Shown one piece after another: positions 39,600 to 54,955 of a stretch of 64,000 bases of DNA. The notes beneath the pieces are model-generated. The model was not told the DNA's origin, did not search any database, and saw only the letters and a program-made list of their open reading frames with translations. Positions within the stretch are counted from its first letter, which is position 1, and the number at the start of each line of letters is the position of its first letter. The stretch covers positions 86,862,001 through 86,926,000 of the forward strand of contig OX597817.1 of assembly GCA_951406725.2 (NCBI GenBank), written 5' to 3'. This DNA comes from Octopus vulgaris. Lineage: Eukaryota. The position numbers and the translations under genes are program-made.

Positions 39600-40481
39600 C
39601 GGGAAGGAAAACCACTCAGTGGCAAATACCCAAAGAGAGCTAATAATGCCTATGTTGACAAAGCCCTTACCTCATCAATAGTTAGAGTGTTGGCTTAAAA
39701 TCAGAGGGAGAAGGGTTTATCATAGCAGTCCAAGATCAATGCTTACCTTTAAGGAGCTACCAGACTAACATATTAAAGAACGGCAGTAGCCCTACATGTC
39801 GTGTATGTAAACATTGAAATGAGACCAACGATCATGTTGTCTTCCTGTGCAGCCTCAACAGGTATGATAGAACAGCACATTAGATTCACTAGGTAATTTG
39901 AAAAAACTTGGACCAGCCCCATGATATAAATGGTGGGAACACAAACCACCTCCAGTGCTTGAAAATGATTACATCTCACTCCTCTGGAACTTCACCGTTC
40001 AAACTGATAGAAAGATAGAGGCGAATAGGTCAGACATTATATTCAAGTACTTCAGACAAAAATCAGGCCTCCTCATCTATATAAATGTATCTATCGAGAC
40101 CTACCAAAAACTGAGCAAGTATAAAGATCTTGAAATATAAATTGACAAAATGTGGAACCTCAAGACTAAACTACAGCAAAAGGAGCTGATTGTTACCTCG
40201 CTCACATACCAGGAAATCCAAAAATGGCAGAAATTCAAAGAAATAGTGCTTATGGGAACTGCCCATATCCTACGTAAAATACTGGCTATGTAATCCCAGA
40301 TTTTAAAACAAACTTATAATTTTCTTGTTTTCTTAAGTATTCTCTGGTACAGTACTTTGTGCAAAACCAAATTTATGGCACCCTAGTCATAATACCAACT
40401 TGAACTTCTAACTTGTTGTCTCTTGAGGTCTCTGGGTGTGACTTCGAGTCAACTTGTACAAATACAAAGCAAAAGTCAAGC

Positions 40482-40482
<1 letters not shown>
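39600..40482 (+). pseudogene. Second R4/Dong-type LINE 3' part with (TAA)n tail
   Basis: GLKSEGEGFIIAVQDQCL..CRVCK..LWNFTVQTDRKIEANRSDI..KLSKYKDLEI..MGTAHILRKILAM; tail caaaagtcaagcataataat. Confidence 0.85.
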
Positions 40483-40548
<66 letters not shown>

Positions 40549-40926
40549 CAACAACGAAAATAATTCTAATAATAATAACAATAATAATAATAAACGATGA
40601 AGACGACAACAACAACAACAACAACAAAAGCAATAATCATAAAGTCAACCCGTTCTCCTCACTTGTTCTTGTGAAATTCTAGCTCTTAGAATACCCGATG
40701 CTATTACATTACCGACCGCAAAAGGTTATAAAAGGTTTTTCACGTTTCCTTTTTTCCTTAATGTATTTTCAGCAAATTGAATGTTTTACTTCAGAGGTTT
40801 GCATCTGTGTTAGAATTAACAGAGAGAACGATTGGTGATGTTTTTTAATATTCACACATTTCACTTTGTGCTACCAACAGTGTAAATAGAACGCTTTTTG
40901 TGATCTCTCACTGTCTCTCTCTCTCT

Positions 40927-41039
<113 letters not shown>

Positions 41040-41192
41040 AGTATATATATATACAACAAGTATATATATATATATATATATACAAGTATATATATATATA
41101 TATATTCGTATACTTACACATAAATACTAACACATATATACATATATATATTATACATTTATATAATATATATAAATATATATGTAATTATA

Positions 41193-41246
<54 letters not shown>

Positions 41247-41320
41247 TATATATATATACATATATATGCATATTCATATACATAAATATATCTATATCTA
41301 TATCTATATATATCTATATA

Positions 41321-41358
<38 letters not shown>

Positions 41359-42029
41359 TACATACATAGATACATACATACATACATACATACATACATA
41401 CATACATACATACATAAATAAATAATCTATCAATATTTGGCTGTCCAACATAATGTTTATTTTTGTGTATTAATGCATCTGTAAGAGTGCAAGTATGTCC
41501 AGCTGAATGTAAGTGTATATGTGCGCATGCGTTACTTTAGCTATTGAGTAATCTTCATATTACGCTATATACATAGCGTGGTGGATTGAACTAATCTGTA
41601 GGGCGTCGGATAAGTTAATGACTTCGACCTTCATTCTTATGGAGTTCATAGATTAAGATACCAGTCATAAACAGTGGTTTATTCCATCGTCTGTCACATT
41701 TGCACCCAACTTTTTGATTTGTGCTACTGGCAATAGTAGTTATACACATTCTCATGTCACCGAACCATTATAAAGCTCTTCATAATGACCTGTTTTTCCT
41801 CAAATGCAGCCAAACACTTTAGATTAAGAAGTACGTATTATGTTCCGGTGGGACAGAAACTATTGACAAAGGAATGCATCAACTATATCAAATAAAAGTA
41901 TAGATAAAGGCGGGCAAATAATTGGGTTGTCATGAACATGACTTCCAAATCACACTGATATTTCTTTGTTTTCAAGGATGACACGTTATCAGGCTCGACA
42001 GGACTCGCAATAGAGTAGTACTTGATATC

Positions 42030-42790
42030 TGCAAATATGGAGGATATCCAACCAAAATTAGTTAAAATAAAAAGAAGAAAGATCATAACGTCGGTTTTCC
42101 GGACTCTGTGGTATATATTAGTATTTGTGCAAAACATTTCGTTCCACGTTGTTCGACTTCATGCCACTTCAGTCATTCAACTTCATTCCACGTTGTTCCT
42201 TGGACAGGACGCTTCTCCGTCGCAGGTGCTCCCATTTCTGCTAGCTGAGTGGACTAAAACGACGTGAACTGAAGTGTTTTGTTCAAGAACATAAAGCATC
42301 GCACGGTTCAGGAGTCGAAACCACAATACTCTGACTACTGAGCCACTTCTTCTAATTCATTAGATAGAATGATAGACGATAATCTATTAAAAACAAATAC
42401 TTGTCAGTATTTTTATAACTTCTATTTATATGCAAATATGGAGGATATCCAACCAGCATTAGAGAGAATGAAATATAGGGTCTGTAGCCCTTCCCGCCAT
42501 ATAAGGGCGGTTTCATGGATTCTGTGGTGTTTATATTCACTCCCTGCCTGGACAAGACGCCAGTCCATCATGGAGCACTCATTTTTGCAAGCCGAGTGCA
42601 CTTGAACCAACGGAGAATGAAGTGTTTTGCACAAAAACAAAGCATCACCCGGTCCAGAAATCGAAGCCACAATCTTTCGATCACGAGCGTAATGGCCTAA
42701 CCAATAAGCCACACCTTCTAATTCATTAAGTAAAATGATAGACGACAATAATTAAAAACAAATATTCGTCAGTATTTTTATAGCTTACCA
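42030..42790. repeat. Old 400-bp tandem duplication, each unit holding a family C SINE (minus)
   Basis: tgcaaatatggaggatatccaacca at 42030 and 42431; aatgatagacga..ttaaaaacaaata..gtcagtatttttata at 42368 and 42733. Confidence 0.75.
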
Positions 42791-43579
42791 TCTATGGAAC
42801 CCCTTTTTTTCTTCAATTTATCTTTTGTGTTCTGCACGTAAAATTATAGGGACATAATCAGATTCTTTATTTTTTGAAATTCTACAGCAGACATCAGATT
42901 CTATTTCCATAGCTATGCTTCTTATCAAGAGAGGCTTAAGAAAGATAAGGCGTCTTCCTTTTTTTTTTGTTATGATAAAATGTTGAAGAAATAAAAATCA
43001 AAGTTCTCTGTCGACTTTTTCAAGTTTTATATGAAAGATAAATTAAAAATGTATTTTTGTTCTGTGTCTTTAGTGTGAAAATAACTTTCAAAAATGAATA
43101 TAAAATCCGGAATATTTTACATTGTATTCCAGAGTTAACATGAATATATACCCAGTTCTGGGGAATATTTAGTTGGTAGGGTATCTAGAGGGAGTATACT
43201 GGATTCGTTTCGCGATATTTTATCTAGGCATACGTGGATGCTTGCAGATAAAATTATATCCCACTAGGAGAAATGGGAGCTATGTTGTTTTCTTGGAATA
43301 GACGTACTCAACGCTCTTCACTTATGCTGTTTCCAACTGAGAGTAATCCCACTCTGTGCCAGACACACAGACGCGCGCGCGCAAACACACATGCATACTT
43401 ACATATACACATATATTTATAGATATACTGTGACAATGGTATTTAAGTGATTTGCTGGTAGGATGCTACAATTTTCTTAATGGGATACAAACTGTTAACA
43501 TTTTACCAATCCATTAACAGTTTACTTGGTATAATAATATACTTGGTAAACATATAACGTTTTGCATTAGTTTTGAAAC

Positions 43580-43965
43580 TTTTAAGACATTTATTTATTT
43601 CAAAGAAGTATAAAACTCTAATCTCTTTCAAAGAATGATCCTTTGACTTAAATGCCGTTGTAGAGCTCCAGCCACTTGGCGAATGCTCCATAAATGTCCT
43701 CAAAGACCCTTGTACCAGCCTCCTATATCGTTTTTGTCAGCTCGGGGATCAACCAAAAGTCACAGCGAGAAAAGTCTGGGCTGTAAGGTGGGCGAGTGAC
43801 AGTTTTGAAGCCCATTTCTCACATGTAGTTGTTTACCATGATGGAATTGTGGAGCGATGCATTGTTCTGGTGCTGGTGCTTTGGCCTTTTTCCGAAGAAA
43901 TCTTTTTCTGAACACCCTTAAAACCTCCAGAAAGTACTCTTTGGGAATCCACTGAATTTGTATAA
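43580..43965 (-). mobile_element. Mariner transposase C-terminal remnant
   Basis: KEYFLEVLR..HQNNASLH..VTRPPYSPDFSRCDFWLIPEL (YSPDLAPxD motif). Confidence 0.8.
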
Positions 43966-43969
43966 TGCC

Positions 43970-44225
43970 CTTGTCACATGCGCACAAACAAACAAAAAGG
44001 AACGCAGTGTAAATAACAGACAGAGTTAGGACTATTGAAAAGGTTGCAAGACGCAACGAAAATTTTAGGAAAATAAAAATAAGAAATAAGTGGAAATGTT
44101 ACCGGTGTGTGTGTTAAATTATAAGGCACAAAAAGAAAATGACTCTCCCCAGACACAACAGAACATGCTTCAACACACGAACTCATATAAAGAATCTTGC
44201 AAACCAAATTCAAAAACGAAATATA
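43970..44225 (+). mobile_element. Penelope-like 3' end with a hammerhead-like motif, ending in (TA)n
   Basis: 44032-44068: cta TTGAAAA g gttgc-aagac-gcaac GAAA attt tag (U3-A8 core, weak stems I and III). Confidence 0.55.
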
Positions 44226-44554
44226 TATATATATATATATATATATTAATAATATGTACCTATATACCACTGTGACACTATCATTTATATGTAATGACAT
44301 GTGACTATGTTCCAGTCTGACCATGTTATTCACATATGTCTCTCACTCTGATCATTCATGTGTATCGACATACGCCTATACTTTAACTGTAACCATATCA
44401 TGCATGCGTGTCGGCTTACTCCTGTACTCTTTCTATGACTCAATCATCCATGTACATCCATGTATATCGACATGTGCCTATCCTGGTATATGCTAACGCA
44501 ATGTACTTGTTGTTATACTTCTTGTATTATTACTTCACTTACACCTCAACTAGC

Positions 44555-44720
44555 TGTTATCGTTAGCGCGTCGGACAAAATGCTTTGCAGTATTTCTTCC
44601 GACACTTTACGTTGCGAGTTGAAATTCCACTAAGGTCGACTTTGCCTTTTATCATTTCGGGGTCGATAAAATAAGTACGTGCCATGCAGAATTTCAGGTC
44701 TCGTGACTATAGTAGAAAGA
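44555..44720 (+). mobile_element. Diverged SINE family B
   Basis: gttagcgcgtcggacaaaatgc..ggtcgactttgccttttatcatttcggggtcgataaaataagtac. Confidence 0.7.
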
Positions 44721-44917
44721 ACTAATGTGGCACATTAGTTTCTCGCTTGATAAATATTGTTACGGTTGCTTAGTCCTAGATGAAATTTAACCGAGTAGGC
44801 CAATGTCCAAAGATACCCGTACACAGCGTGTATTCTTTTCAAACACAATACACTTTGGTCTGCATTATCTAAATTATGCTTCCTTTTCTTTGTAGGCTGA
44901 TAATATGGGATTTGTGT

Positions 44918-44955
<38 letters not shown>

Positions 44956-45331
44956 AGACTGTTGGCTGCTATTTCTAGCGGGTGTTAAAGATGGCACGGA
45001 AAACATGTTATGTATTGACAATAAACTGAATAAAATTAGGATAGGATTAAACGGAAGAGTATTTGAGGCAGAAATGATATCCTTCGTGAGTGGGTGGGGG
45101 TGTATAGCTGTAAGATTGAGGTGAGGGGAAATGAGGTTGAGTTAAGAATTGCCACAGGCGTGTATAGGGATGTGTATTTGGGAATCGGTATATATGTGGG
45201 GGTTTATGCATGCGTATATGCATACCATTCATTTATAACTGCACAATAGTTTTATATTTGAACGTGTGCATACTTGTGGGAATATGTATAGATATTTATA
45301 ACGATAAAAAATATCTATCTATCTATTTATG

Positions 45332-45365
<34 letters not shown>

Positions 45366-46502
45366 TGTATGTATGTATGTATGTATGCATGTATGCATGT
45401 ATGTATGTATGTATGTATGTATGTATCTATCTATCTATCTGTATCAATCCATATATACATACACACATATATATGTAATTATATATATATCTGTGTGTAT
45501 GTATATGTATATATATATGTGTATAGATATATACATATGCATACATAAATACAGACACACATATACATACATACGCATACATAAATACACGCACATATAT
45601 TAATGTATGTATATATGTGTGTGTCTGCGTTATATGTAAATACACACATCATTTATTCACATGAAGAGAAATTACAGAAATACTGAAGTTATGAAATGTT
45701 GATACCGACGACGACGACGACCACAATGATGAAGAGACTGATGATGATGATGATTTTTTTTTATAAAAGTGTGAGATTTTACAGAGTTTAGGCGTGGAAT
45801 GAGGACAAACGTAGATTAAGGTGAGAAAAGGGTGGATGGAAGGGCGGAAGATTAGCGTGAGAGGAGAGTAGGAAGATGGGGGGACTTAGAGATTATTAAA
45901 TAAGGAAGGAAGTAGGAAAAAGAAAATCTGGAATATTGTATTGAAATTAAGACAAAGAATGATATATGAAGAGTGGGAGCCATAGTGAAAGAGGGAGAGA
46001 GATAGGAGAGAAGAGAGAGAGAGAAAGATCGGGAGACAGCCGAGGGAAGGCTTAACAGAAATTAAAGAAAGACAAGAGATAAAGGAATAGTTAAGTAAAT
46101 GAGGAGCAAGTGTGAAAATATAGAAACAGGTCAGGAAATAGAGAGGTATATGTATAAAGAGAAAGAAAGACGCACAGATCAAAGTAGCCACTACACACAT
46201 GCACACAGAGAAAGAGAGAGAGATTGAGAGAAATATATATATATATTATACAAAAAAAGGATCAACTAAATATCCAGATAGACGATACAAAGAAAACAAG
46301 GACGGGTCATTTGGAGTGTTCTTTCCTCAGTCGAATTCCAGATTATCTTTGCAATTTCGGTTGGTTATACTCGAGATTGCTCCAATCTGGCCAGCTCCAA
46401 AGGAAAAACTAAGCTAAGAGCATTAGATTCTTTGGAACAAAACTGAGAAAGTATACAAAAACAAGGACGGAAAAAAACGGACAATGTTACAGAAATACAA
46501 TA

Positions 46503-46582
<80 letters not shown>

Positions 46583-47551
46583 AAAGGGAGATGAAGAAAA
46601 TGCTGACAAAATAATTTAAGTAAGGGAGAGTGTATTTAATTAGGTGAAAGTTCTTTTACCGGTTGCGAATTTGTTATGCTTATCAAAAGATATTTTGAGT
46701 GAGATAGAGTTCGTTTCTGAATGATTTTTTTCTCTTATCTGACTTTATGTTGGGTTTGCTGTCTCTTATATGTGAAAAAAGAGGCTCCAGAGTTGTTTAA
46801 GATTTGCTTGGTTTCGCGCCTAAAATTTCTTGTGGACAATGGTCAATACAATTTTGATTGGTCATTATAAAGGGGTCACGTGAATGTTTGAATGGAAGTT
46901 GGTGTTGGGGTGAGAAAATAGGCTCCAGAGATGTTAAAATTTTGGCTAGTATCGCGCCTAAAATTTCTTATTGGTCATAATAAAGAGGTCACGTGAATGT
47001 GGTCATAATAGAGAGGTAACGTGAATGTTTAGAATGAATGTTGTTGTGGGTGGTGTATGGAGTTTTCGAAAATAGCGTTGTTGAAAATTCTTATTGTTCA
47101 GGCTGGTCAGTAGACGTCATGTGGATATTTTGAATAGCTTTTTAGCGCGTAGTTAAGGAGTGTATTTTCCGCTTGACTGAATTTGAGCTGGAAAAGTAAG
47201 TTCGTTTAGAACAGGAAGAGCTATATGTATGTATGTGTGCGCGCGCGTGTGTGTGTGTGTGTTTATATGTATGTTGGGGCGCGCGCGCGTGTATATATGT
47301 GTGTGTGTGTGTGGGTACAATTTTCAATATTTATAGTTCTGCTGGCCTTGTGCCTGTATCGGGAAGCAACGTGTTTGTGTGAAGTCAATATTTACAGTCA
47401 TTTCCAAAAAAATAGTGTTGGATGTTTTGCACCCGTATTCAAATTATGGGTATGTGTGGAACCATATATTTGCGTGTGTCATGGTGTTAATATCTGGGTA
47501 AAAGTGTCTGTAGGGTGTGTGAGGTCTAAGTGTGTTTGTTGTGGGTTCGTT

Positions 47552-48412
47552 TTAGGGGGATGTGTTTAGAAGTGGTCTGTATTTATTAATAAGGTGGGAT
47601 TCCATGGTTATTCGCTGGGTATGAGTGGCATTGTCTTTAAATTTGTAGAAAGGAAAGATTCTAAAATTGGGATGAAGTTGTGCGGCACAGGTATCAATAT
47701 GTGCACTAAGTGCTATTTTTCTGTATTCCTGTATTTTTATTTGGGATCTATGGACAGTCATGCGTTGGCGGAGGCTATTTTTAGTTTGGCCTATGTAGTG
47801 TCCATTACAGCCCGAGCAAGTTAAGACATATACTAGGTTTTCTGATGCGCATGTGAAGTTGTGTTTTACTGTGAAACGTTGTCCTTGTTTAAAAAGGAAT
47901 TCCGCACCTTCTGTTAGGTTGATGCATATATCACAGTTGGGTCTATTGCATTTGTTTACTGTGGGTTTAGTTGTTGTGGTTGGCAGTACTTTGGCATTTG
48001 TTAGGATGGTTTTCAATGATTTGGGTTGCCTTTTGCTCTTTATGATTTCGTGTGTTAGGAGGATTTGGTTCATTCTATGGTCCTTTTTTAATACAGGAAT
48101 GTTCTGGAGGATGGTGTCAAAAGCTTCATTGTTGAGGGGGTTGTGTGTAGAGATGTATGGTAGAGTATGGGGTTTCGATGTAACAGGTTTAGGGCGTCTA
48201 AGTTCCTGTGTGCTGAGTTTTAGGGCGCGTTGGATCCCATTGTCAATTAGTGACGTGGGTAATCCCTGCTTGTTAATGTGTCCTTAAGTTCTTGTAGACG
48301 TAAGAGACGGGTGTTTTTATTGGAGACTATAGTGCAAATTCTCTTGGCTAAGTTGTAGGGAATGTTAATTTTAACGTGTCTAGGGTGGCATGAATTGAAA
48401 GGGAGGTATTGC
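47552..48412 (-). pseudogene. Penelope RT-thumb C-terminus (frameshifted) plus intact GIY-YIG endonuclease domain
   Basis: QYLPFNSCHPRHVKINIPYNLAKRICTIVS..; KRQPKSLKTILT..KCNRPNCDIC..FTCASENLVYVLTCSGCNGHYIGQTKNSLRQRMTVHRSQI..RITMESHLINKYRPLLN. Confidence 0.92.
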
Positions 48413-48802
48413 TTAATTAACATTCTCTACAACTTAGCCAACGCCACTCATACCCAGCGAATAACCATGGAATCCCACCTTATTAATAAATACAGACCAC
48501 TTCTAAACACATCCCCCTAACACGAACCCACAACAAACACACTTACACCTGCACACACCCTACACACTTTTACCCAGATATTAACACCATGACACACGCA
48601 AATATATGGTTCCACACATACCCATAATTTGATACGGGTGCAAAACATCCAACACTATCTTTTGGAAATGACTAAATATTGACTTCACACAAACACGTTG
48701 CTTCCCGATACAGGCACAAGGCTAGCAGAACTATAAATATTGAAAATTGTACCCACACACGCACACATATATATACACGCGCGCGCGCCCGAACATACAT
48801 AT

Positions 48803-48849
<47 letters not shown>

Positions 48850-49391
48850 TACATACATATAGCTCTTCCTGTCCTAAACGAACTTACTTTTCCAGCTCAA
48901 ATTCAGTCAAGCGGAAAATACACTCCTTAACTACGCGTTAAAAAGCTATTCAAAATATCCATATGACGTCTACTGTCCAACCTGAACAATAAGAAGTTTC
49001 AACAACGCTATTTTCGAAAACTCCATACACCACCCACAACAACATTCATTCTAAACATTCACGTGACCTCTCTATTATAACCACATTCACGTGACCTCTT
49101 TATTATGACCAATAAGAAATTTTAGGCGCGATACTAGCCAAAATTTTAACATCTCTGGAGCCTATTTTCTCACCCCAATACCAACTTCCATTCAAGCATT
49201 CACGTGACCCCGTTATAATGACCAATCAAAATTGTACTGACCATTGTCCACAAGAAATTTTAGGCGCGAAACCAAGCAAATCTTAAACAACTCTGGAGCC
49301 TCTTTTTTCACATATAAGAGACAGCAAACCCAACATAAAGTCAGATAAGAGAAAAAATCATTCAGAAACGAACTCTATCTCACTCAAAATA

Positions 49392-49431
49392 TCTTTTGAT
49401 AAGCATAACAAATTCGCAACCGGTAAAAAGA
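49392..49431 (+). ncRNA. Degenerate hammerhead-like motif in the pLTR (mirror at about 46651-46690, minus)
   Basis: tctt TTGATAA gcataacaaattc GCAA ccgg TA aaaaga. U3-A8 core and palindromic stem III, but GCAA replaces GAAA and stem II is poor. Confidence 0.35.
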
Positions 49432-49531
49432 ACTTTCACCTAATTAAATACACTCTCCCTTACTTAAATTATTTTGTCAGCATTTTCTTCATTTCCCTTT
49501 TTTATATCACAACTCGTGTTCCACATCTCCT

Positions 49532-49600
<69 letters not shown>

Positions 49601-49635
49601 CATATATATATATATACATACATATACATATATAT

Positions 49636-50020
49636 AGGCGTGGCTGTAGGGTGAGAAGCTTACTTCCCAGCCATATGTTTCCGGGTTCAGTCCCACTGCA
49701 TGAGACCTTGAGCAACTGCCAACTGCCCTGTACTATAGCCTCGGGTTAACCAAAGTCTTGTGAGTGGATTTGGTAGACGATAACTGAAAGAAACCCGTTG
49801 TGTCTGTGTATGTGTCTATATATATATTTTTATACATATATATGTGTCTTTGTGTCTATGTTTGTCCTCCACCACAGCTTGAAGTCCCTGTAATTTAGCG
49901 GTTCGAGAAAAGTGATAGAACAGTCTTAAAAAATGCTGGGGTTCGACTGAAAAAAATTCTTCAAGGTGGTGCTCCAGCATGACAGCACTCTAATGACTGA
50001 AACAAGTAAAAAGATAAAAA
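49636..50020 (+). mobile_element. SINE family A
   Basis: ggcgtggctgtagggtgagaagc..ccgggttcagtcccactgc..gtgagtggatttggtagacg..gactgaaacaagtaaaa. Confidence 0.8.
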
Positions 50021-50027
50021 ATATATA

Positions 50028-50505
50028 TACACTCCTAGAACCACGTTAATAGCTTTAGTGTGAAATTTACGATTTGTCAGTTTACTGTAAATCGATTCTG
50101 ATAAAACTTTCCCCAGCTGGTTTGCACACCATTGTTATGTTTTTATTATTCAGTTTAACGTCCTTTCTTTTTTTCTTTCAGATTCTTCACATTTTGGGTG
50201 ATCCACGCTAATAGCTTTTAAATGAATATAGACAATCTATACATTTTTTTGTTCAAAAAATTAAGAAGGGTAATGGTAAATATTAAGCATCCATTGAGAA
50301 TATATTTAACAGAAAACCATAATAATATTATAACATTTATTATAATGAATTATTTAATCACATGTGCGCCATTTCGACGTATATCTCCCAAAACCCTGCT
50401 AGTCATGGAATCTGTCAATTCCTTAATAGTAGCAGGTTAGAATGCCTCAGCTGCAGCTTTGATGGTTGCCCATAAGACATCTTTCGACTAAATTGGCGTC
50501 CATCG
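50028..50505 (-). mobile_element. Tc1-like transposon 3' end
   Basis: Minus peptide GRQFS..VLWATIKAAAEAF*PATIKELTDSMTSRVLGDIRRNGAHV. Terminus ta|cactcc; ccacg(t/c)taatagcttt occurs at 50041 and 50203 (IR-DR-like). Confidence 0.65.
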
Positions 50506-50506
50506 G

Positions 50507-52150
<1,644 letters not shown>

Positions 52151-52408
52151 ATGTATATATGTATGTATATATAAGTTCACGTAAAACAAGCAATATGTTT
52201 ATATATATTGCTTGCTGAGGGATTCCTAAATACTTTTTCGTAGAGTATCTGATAATTTTAAGACGTGAAGTTTGGCAGTCCTTCGAAATTTTAGCTTGTT
52301 CCAGTATCAATCGGAAGATGGTAACCAAGCCGAAACTTGGTCACTGTCAAAATTAGTCTCGTAAACATATTGTGTGTGTGTGTGTGTGTGTGTATACATA
52401 TATAAATA

Positions 52409-52738
52409 TATTGGGTTGGCAAGAAAGTAATTTCGTTTTTCGCAAATAAATAGAATTACGATTTTTTGAATGACTTTTGTCAATGTTATGATTTTTTTTC
52501 CTTTTGACATTTGATAGCCATTACTTTTAGCTTACTTTAGAAGCCAATTGTGCGTAATTTTGTTTACAGTTTTTAATTCAGTGTCAATTTTAACATGGAG
52601 TGCAAAAACGAACATTTTCGCCATATTTTACATTTTTGTATTTCCGTAGAGGCAAGAAAGCTACTGAGACTCACAAAGTGATATGTGAAGCTTATGGCGT
52701 TGATTGCTGAACAGAACGCACATGTCAGAAATGGTTCT
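52409..52738 (+). mobile_element. Mariner 5' end (TIR plus HTH fragment)
   Basis: ta|ttgggttggcaagaaagtaatttcg TIR-like start; MECKNEHFRHIL../FRRGKKATETHKVICEAYGVDC*TERTCQKWF. Confidence 0.85.
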
Positions 52739-53269
52739 AAGAAATTCACATCCTCCTAAATTATGCAATGGGACAAGGTTGATTTTGAAGACATTATCAC
52801 CTAACGTGATGGAAGCTACCATCATCTCTATATGCGACTCGAGGGAAGTGGTTTTCTTTCCAAGAATTCCAATCAAACTAACAGACATGCCATTTGAATT
52901 GAAACGAACACAATTCCCTGTGCGACTTTGCTTCGCAATGTCTATTAACAAAGCTCAAAGTCAGACATTGAAATCTACTGGCCTGCACTTAATTTTTTCA
53001 TGATCAGCTTTCTGTTAATTGATCCAGGGTTGGTAGGCTGCAACACATTTTTGTCTGTGCTCCAAACCAGAAAACAAAGAATGTTGTTTACCCAGAAGCT
53101 CTTACGTATTTCCTTCAACATATGTGGTAGAATTTATCTCCCTTCATAAATGTGGTAAATTTTGTATTTTCGTTTATCATCATCATCGTCATTATTATTG
53201 TTATTATTATTATAATTATAAATATTCTTCTTCTTCTTCTTCTTCTTATTCTTCTTATTATTATTATTA

Positions 53270-53312
<43 letters not shown>

Positions 53313-53447
53313 GAATTCAGAATTGATTTCCCAATTGAAGAATAAATTAAATTTAGAATAAAATATTTCTACACAACATATTTTGCTTTTTTCTTCCAAT
53401 ATATCAGGAACAATTTCATCCCCGGCAACGCCGGGTGCCTCTGCTAG
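52737..53447 (+). mobile_element. Helitron 3' end: PIF1-type helicase C-terminus, hairpin and CTAG
   Basis: LRNSHPPKLCNGTRL..PRIPIKLTDMPFELKRTQFPVRLCFAMSINKAQSQTL..SRVG..TKNVVYPEAL; ends cccggc-aac-gccggg tgcctctg CTAG|T. Confidence 0.92.
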
Positions 53448-54239
53448 TATATGCATATAACTGAATAAAATTTGGGCAAAAACCTCATTGTATACTATGC
53501 AACACTCGTCCGCAGTAGGTTCACTACAGCTCTTTCTGACCTGCTTTTTATCGATGACACAAGGTATGCTTTGTAGTATATATATATTACAATGTAGTTG
53601 TATACTAGGACAGTGTTAACAGTATGCTCATAATGGTTTTTATGCTTTAGAGATAGATATATTCACAGACTTTAGTGAGGAAGAAGAAAACAGAGAATGA
53701 AGTGAAAATTGGTAGTATAAATTGCTAATATAATACGTGTATTCTATTTATTGATGAAAAGAAACACAATGACTGGTAATTCATATTTTGAACACTATAA
53801 GCTGCAGCTCTAATAAGTTGTTTAACTTAAACTAATTCTGTGATAAATGACTACTATAAAGATGAGCTGCTTTAACTATGCAAAGCTATGACAAAGCCGA
53901 ATGATGTTGAAGAAATAGTAAAAGATTTATTGATGTCTGAGAGAGACAGTGTTTATATAATTACATAATATTAACAAAAATTTATCTGACAAGGTGTGAG
54001 GAAATGACATAAAAGATGTTTTAGTTTAAGTTAAAATGTTTGTAAATCTGATTGGAGTTCAGTTGAACGCTTGTCTGGAAAATAAAAACAATGTGTAAAA
54101 TAGAAATGAGGAAATATCTGCAAATTTAATAAATGTGTAAGAGATTTATTATTATTATCTTTTATTGAATTTCGGAAGTAATTACTAAGTTTTTGTTAAA
54201 GGATTATAAGAAATTATGGTATGTAACCGTCAAAAATTG

Positions 54240-54912
54240 GTAAGGAGGGTGAGCGGAGTGAGAGAGAAAGACAGAAGTGGATAATAAGGTGAAAGAGAGG
54301 GAGAATGGAGAGAGGGAGTAACAGGAGAGTAGGAGAAGGAGTTGAAAAAGCACGAAAGAAAATAAAAGACAGTATAATAAAGAGAAAGCATGAAATAGTG
54401 AGAGAAAGAATAAGAGTTAGAAAGCGAGAGAGAGAGAGAGAGAGAGAGAGAAAGGGAAAGAGAGGGTGAGAGAGAGGAAGGGGAATAAAAAGAGAGGGGT
54501 GGATAGAACAGGTGGAAGAGTGGGAGAGAGAAGGAGTGAGAGACGAGTAGAGGGAGAAGTAAGTGAAAAAATACGAAAGAAAATGAATGACAATAAAGAG
54601 AAAACATGAAATAGTGACAAAAAGGGGAGAAAGAAACAGATAGAGAGAAGGGGGGGAGAAAGAGAGACGTGGATAGAAGGGGAAAGAGAGGGAGAGAAAG
54701 GGCGTGAGAGAGGAATAGAGGGAGAAGTACGAAAGAGAATGAAAAGGAATATAATAAAGACAAAACATGAAAGAGTGAGAGAAAGAAAAGAAAGAAGAGA
54801 GAGAGAAAGGGGAATAAGAAAGACAGAGAAATGGGAAAGGGGAGAAGCTGGAAAAGTACGAAAGAGAATAAAAAGGAATATAATAAAGAGAAAACAAGAA
54901 ATAGTGAAAGAA

Positions 54913-54955
<43 letters not shown>

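Larger units (their letters stand above)
46583..49537. mobile_element. Penelope-like element (Neptune-type) with about 1.05-kb inverted pLTR arms
   Basis: 46583-47632 is the reverse complement of 48439-49500; both outer ends lie in (TA)n; coding remnant on minus between the arms. Confidence 0.92.

Noticed and set aside
46340-46410. Hammerhead-like layout on minus (CTTTGGA gctgg...ccaacc GAAA ttgc)
   Set aside because: The core deviates at several positions and no NUH site or stem I can be formed. It may be a decayed relative.
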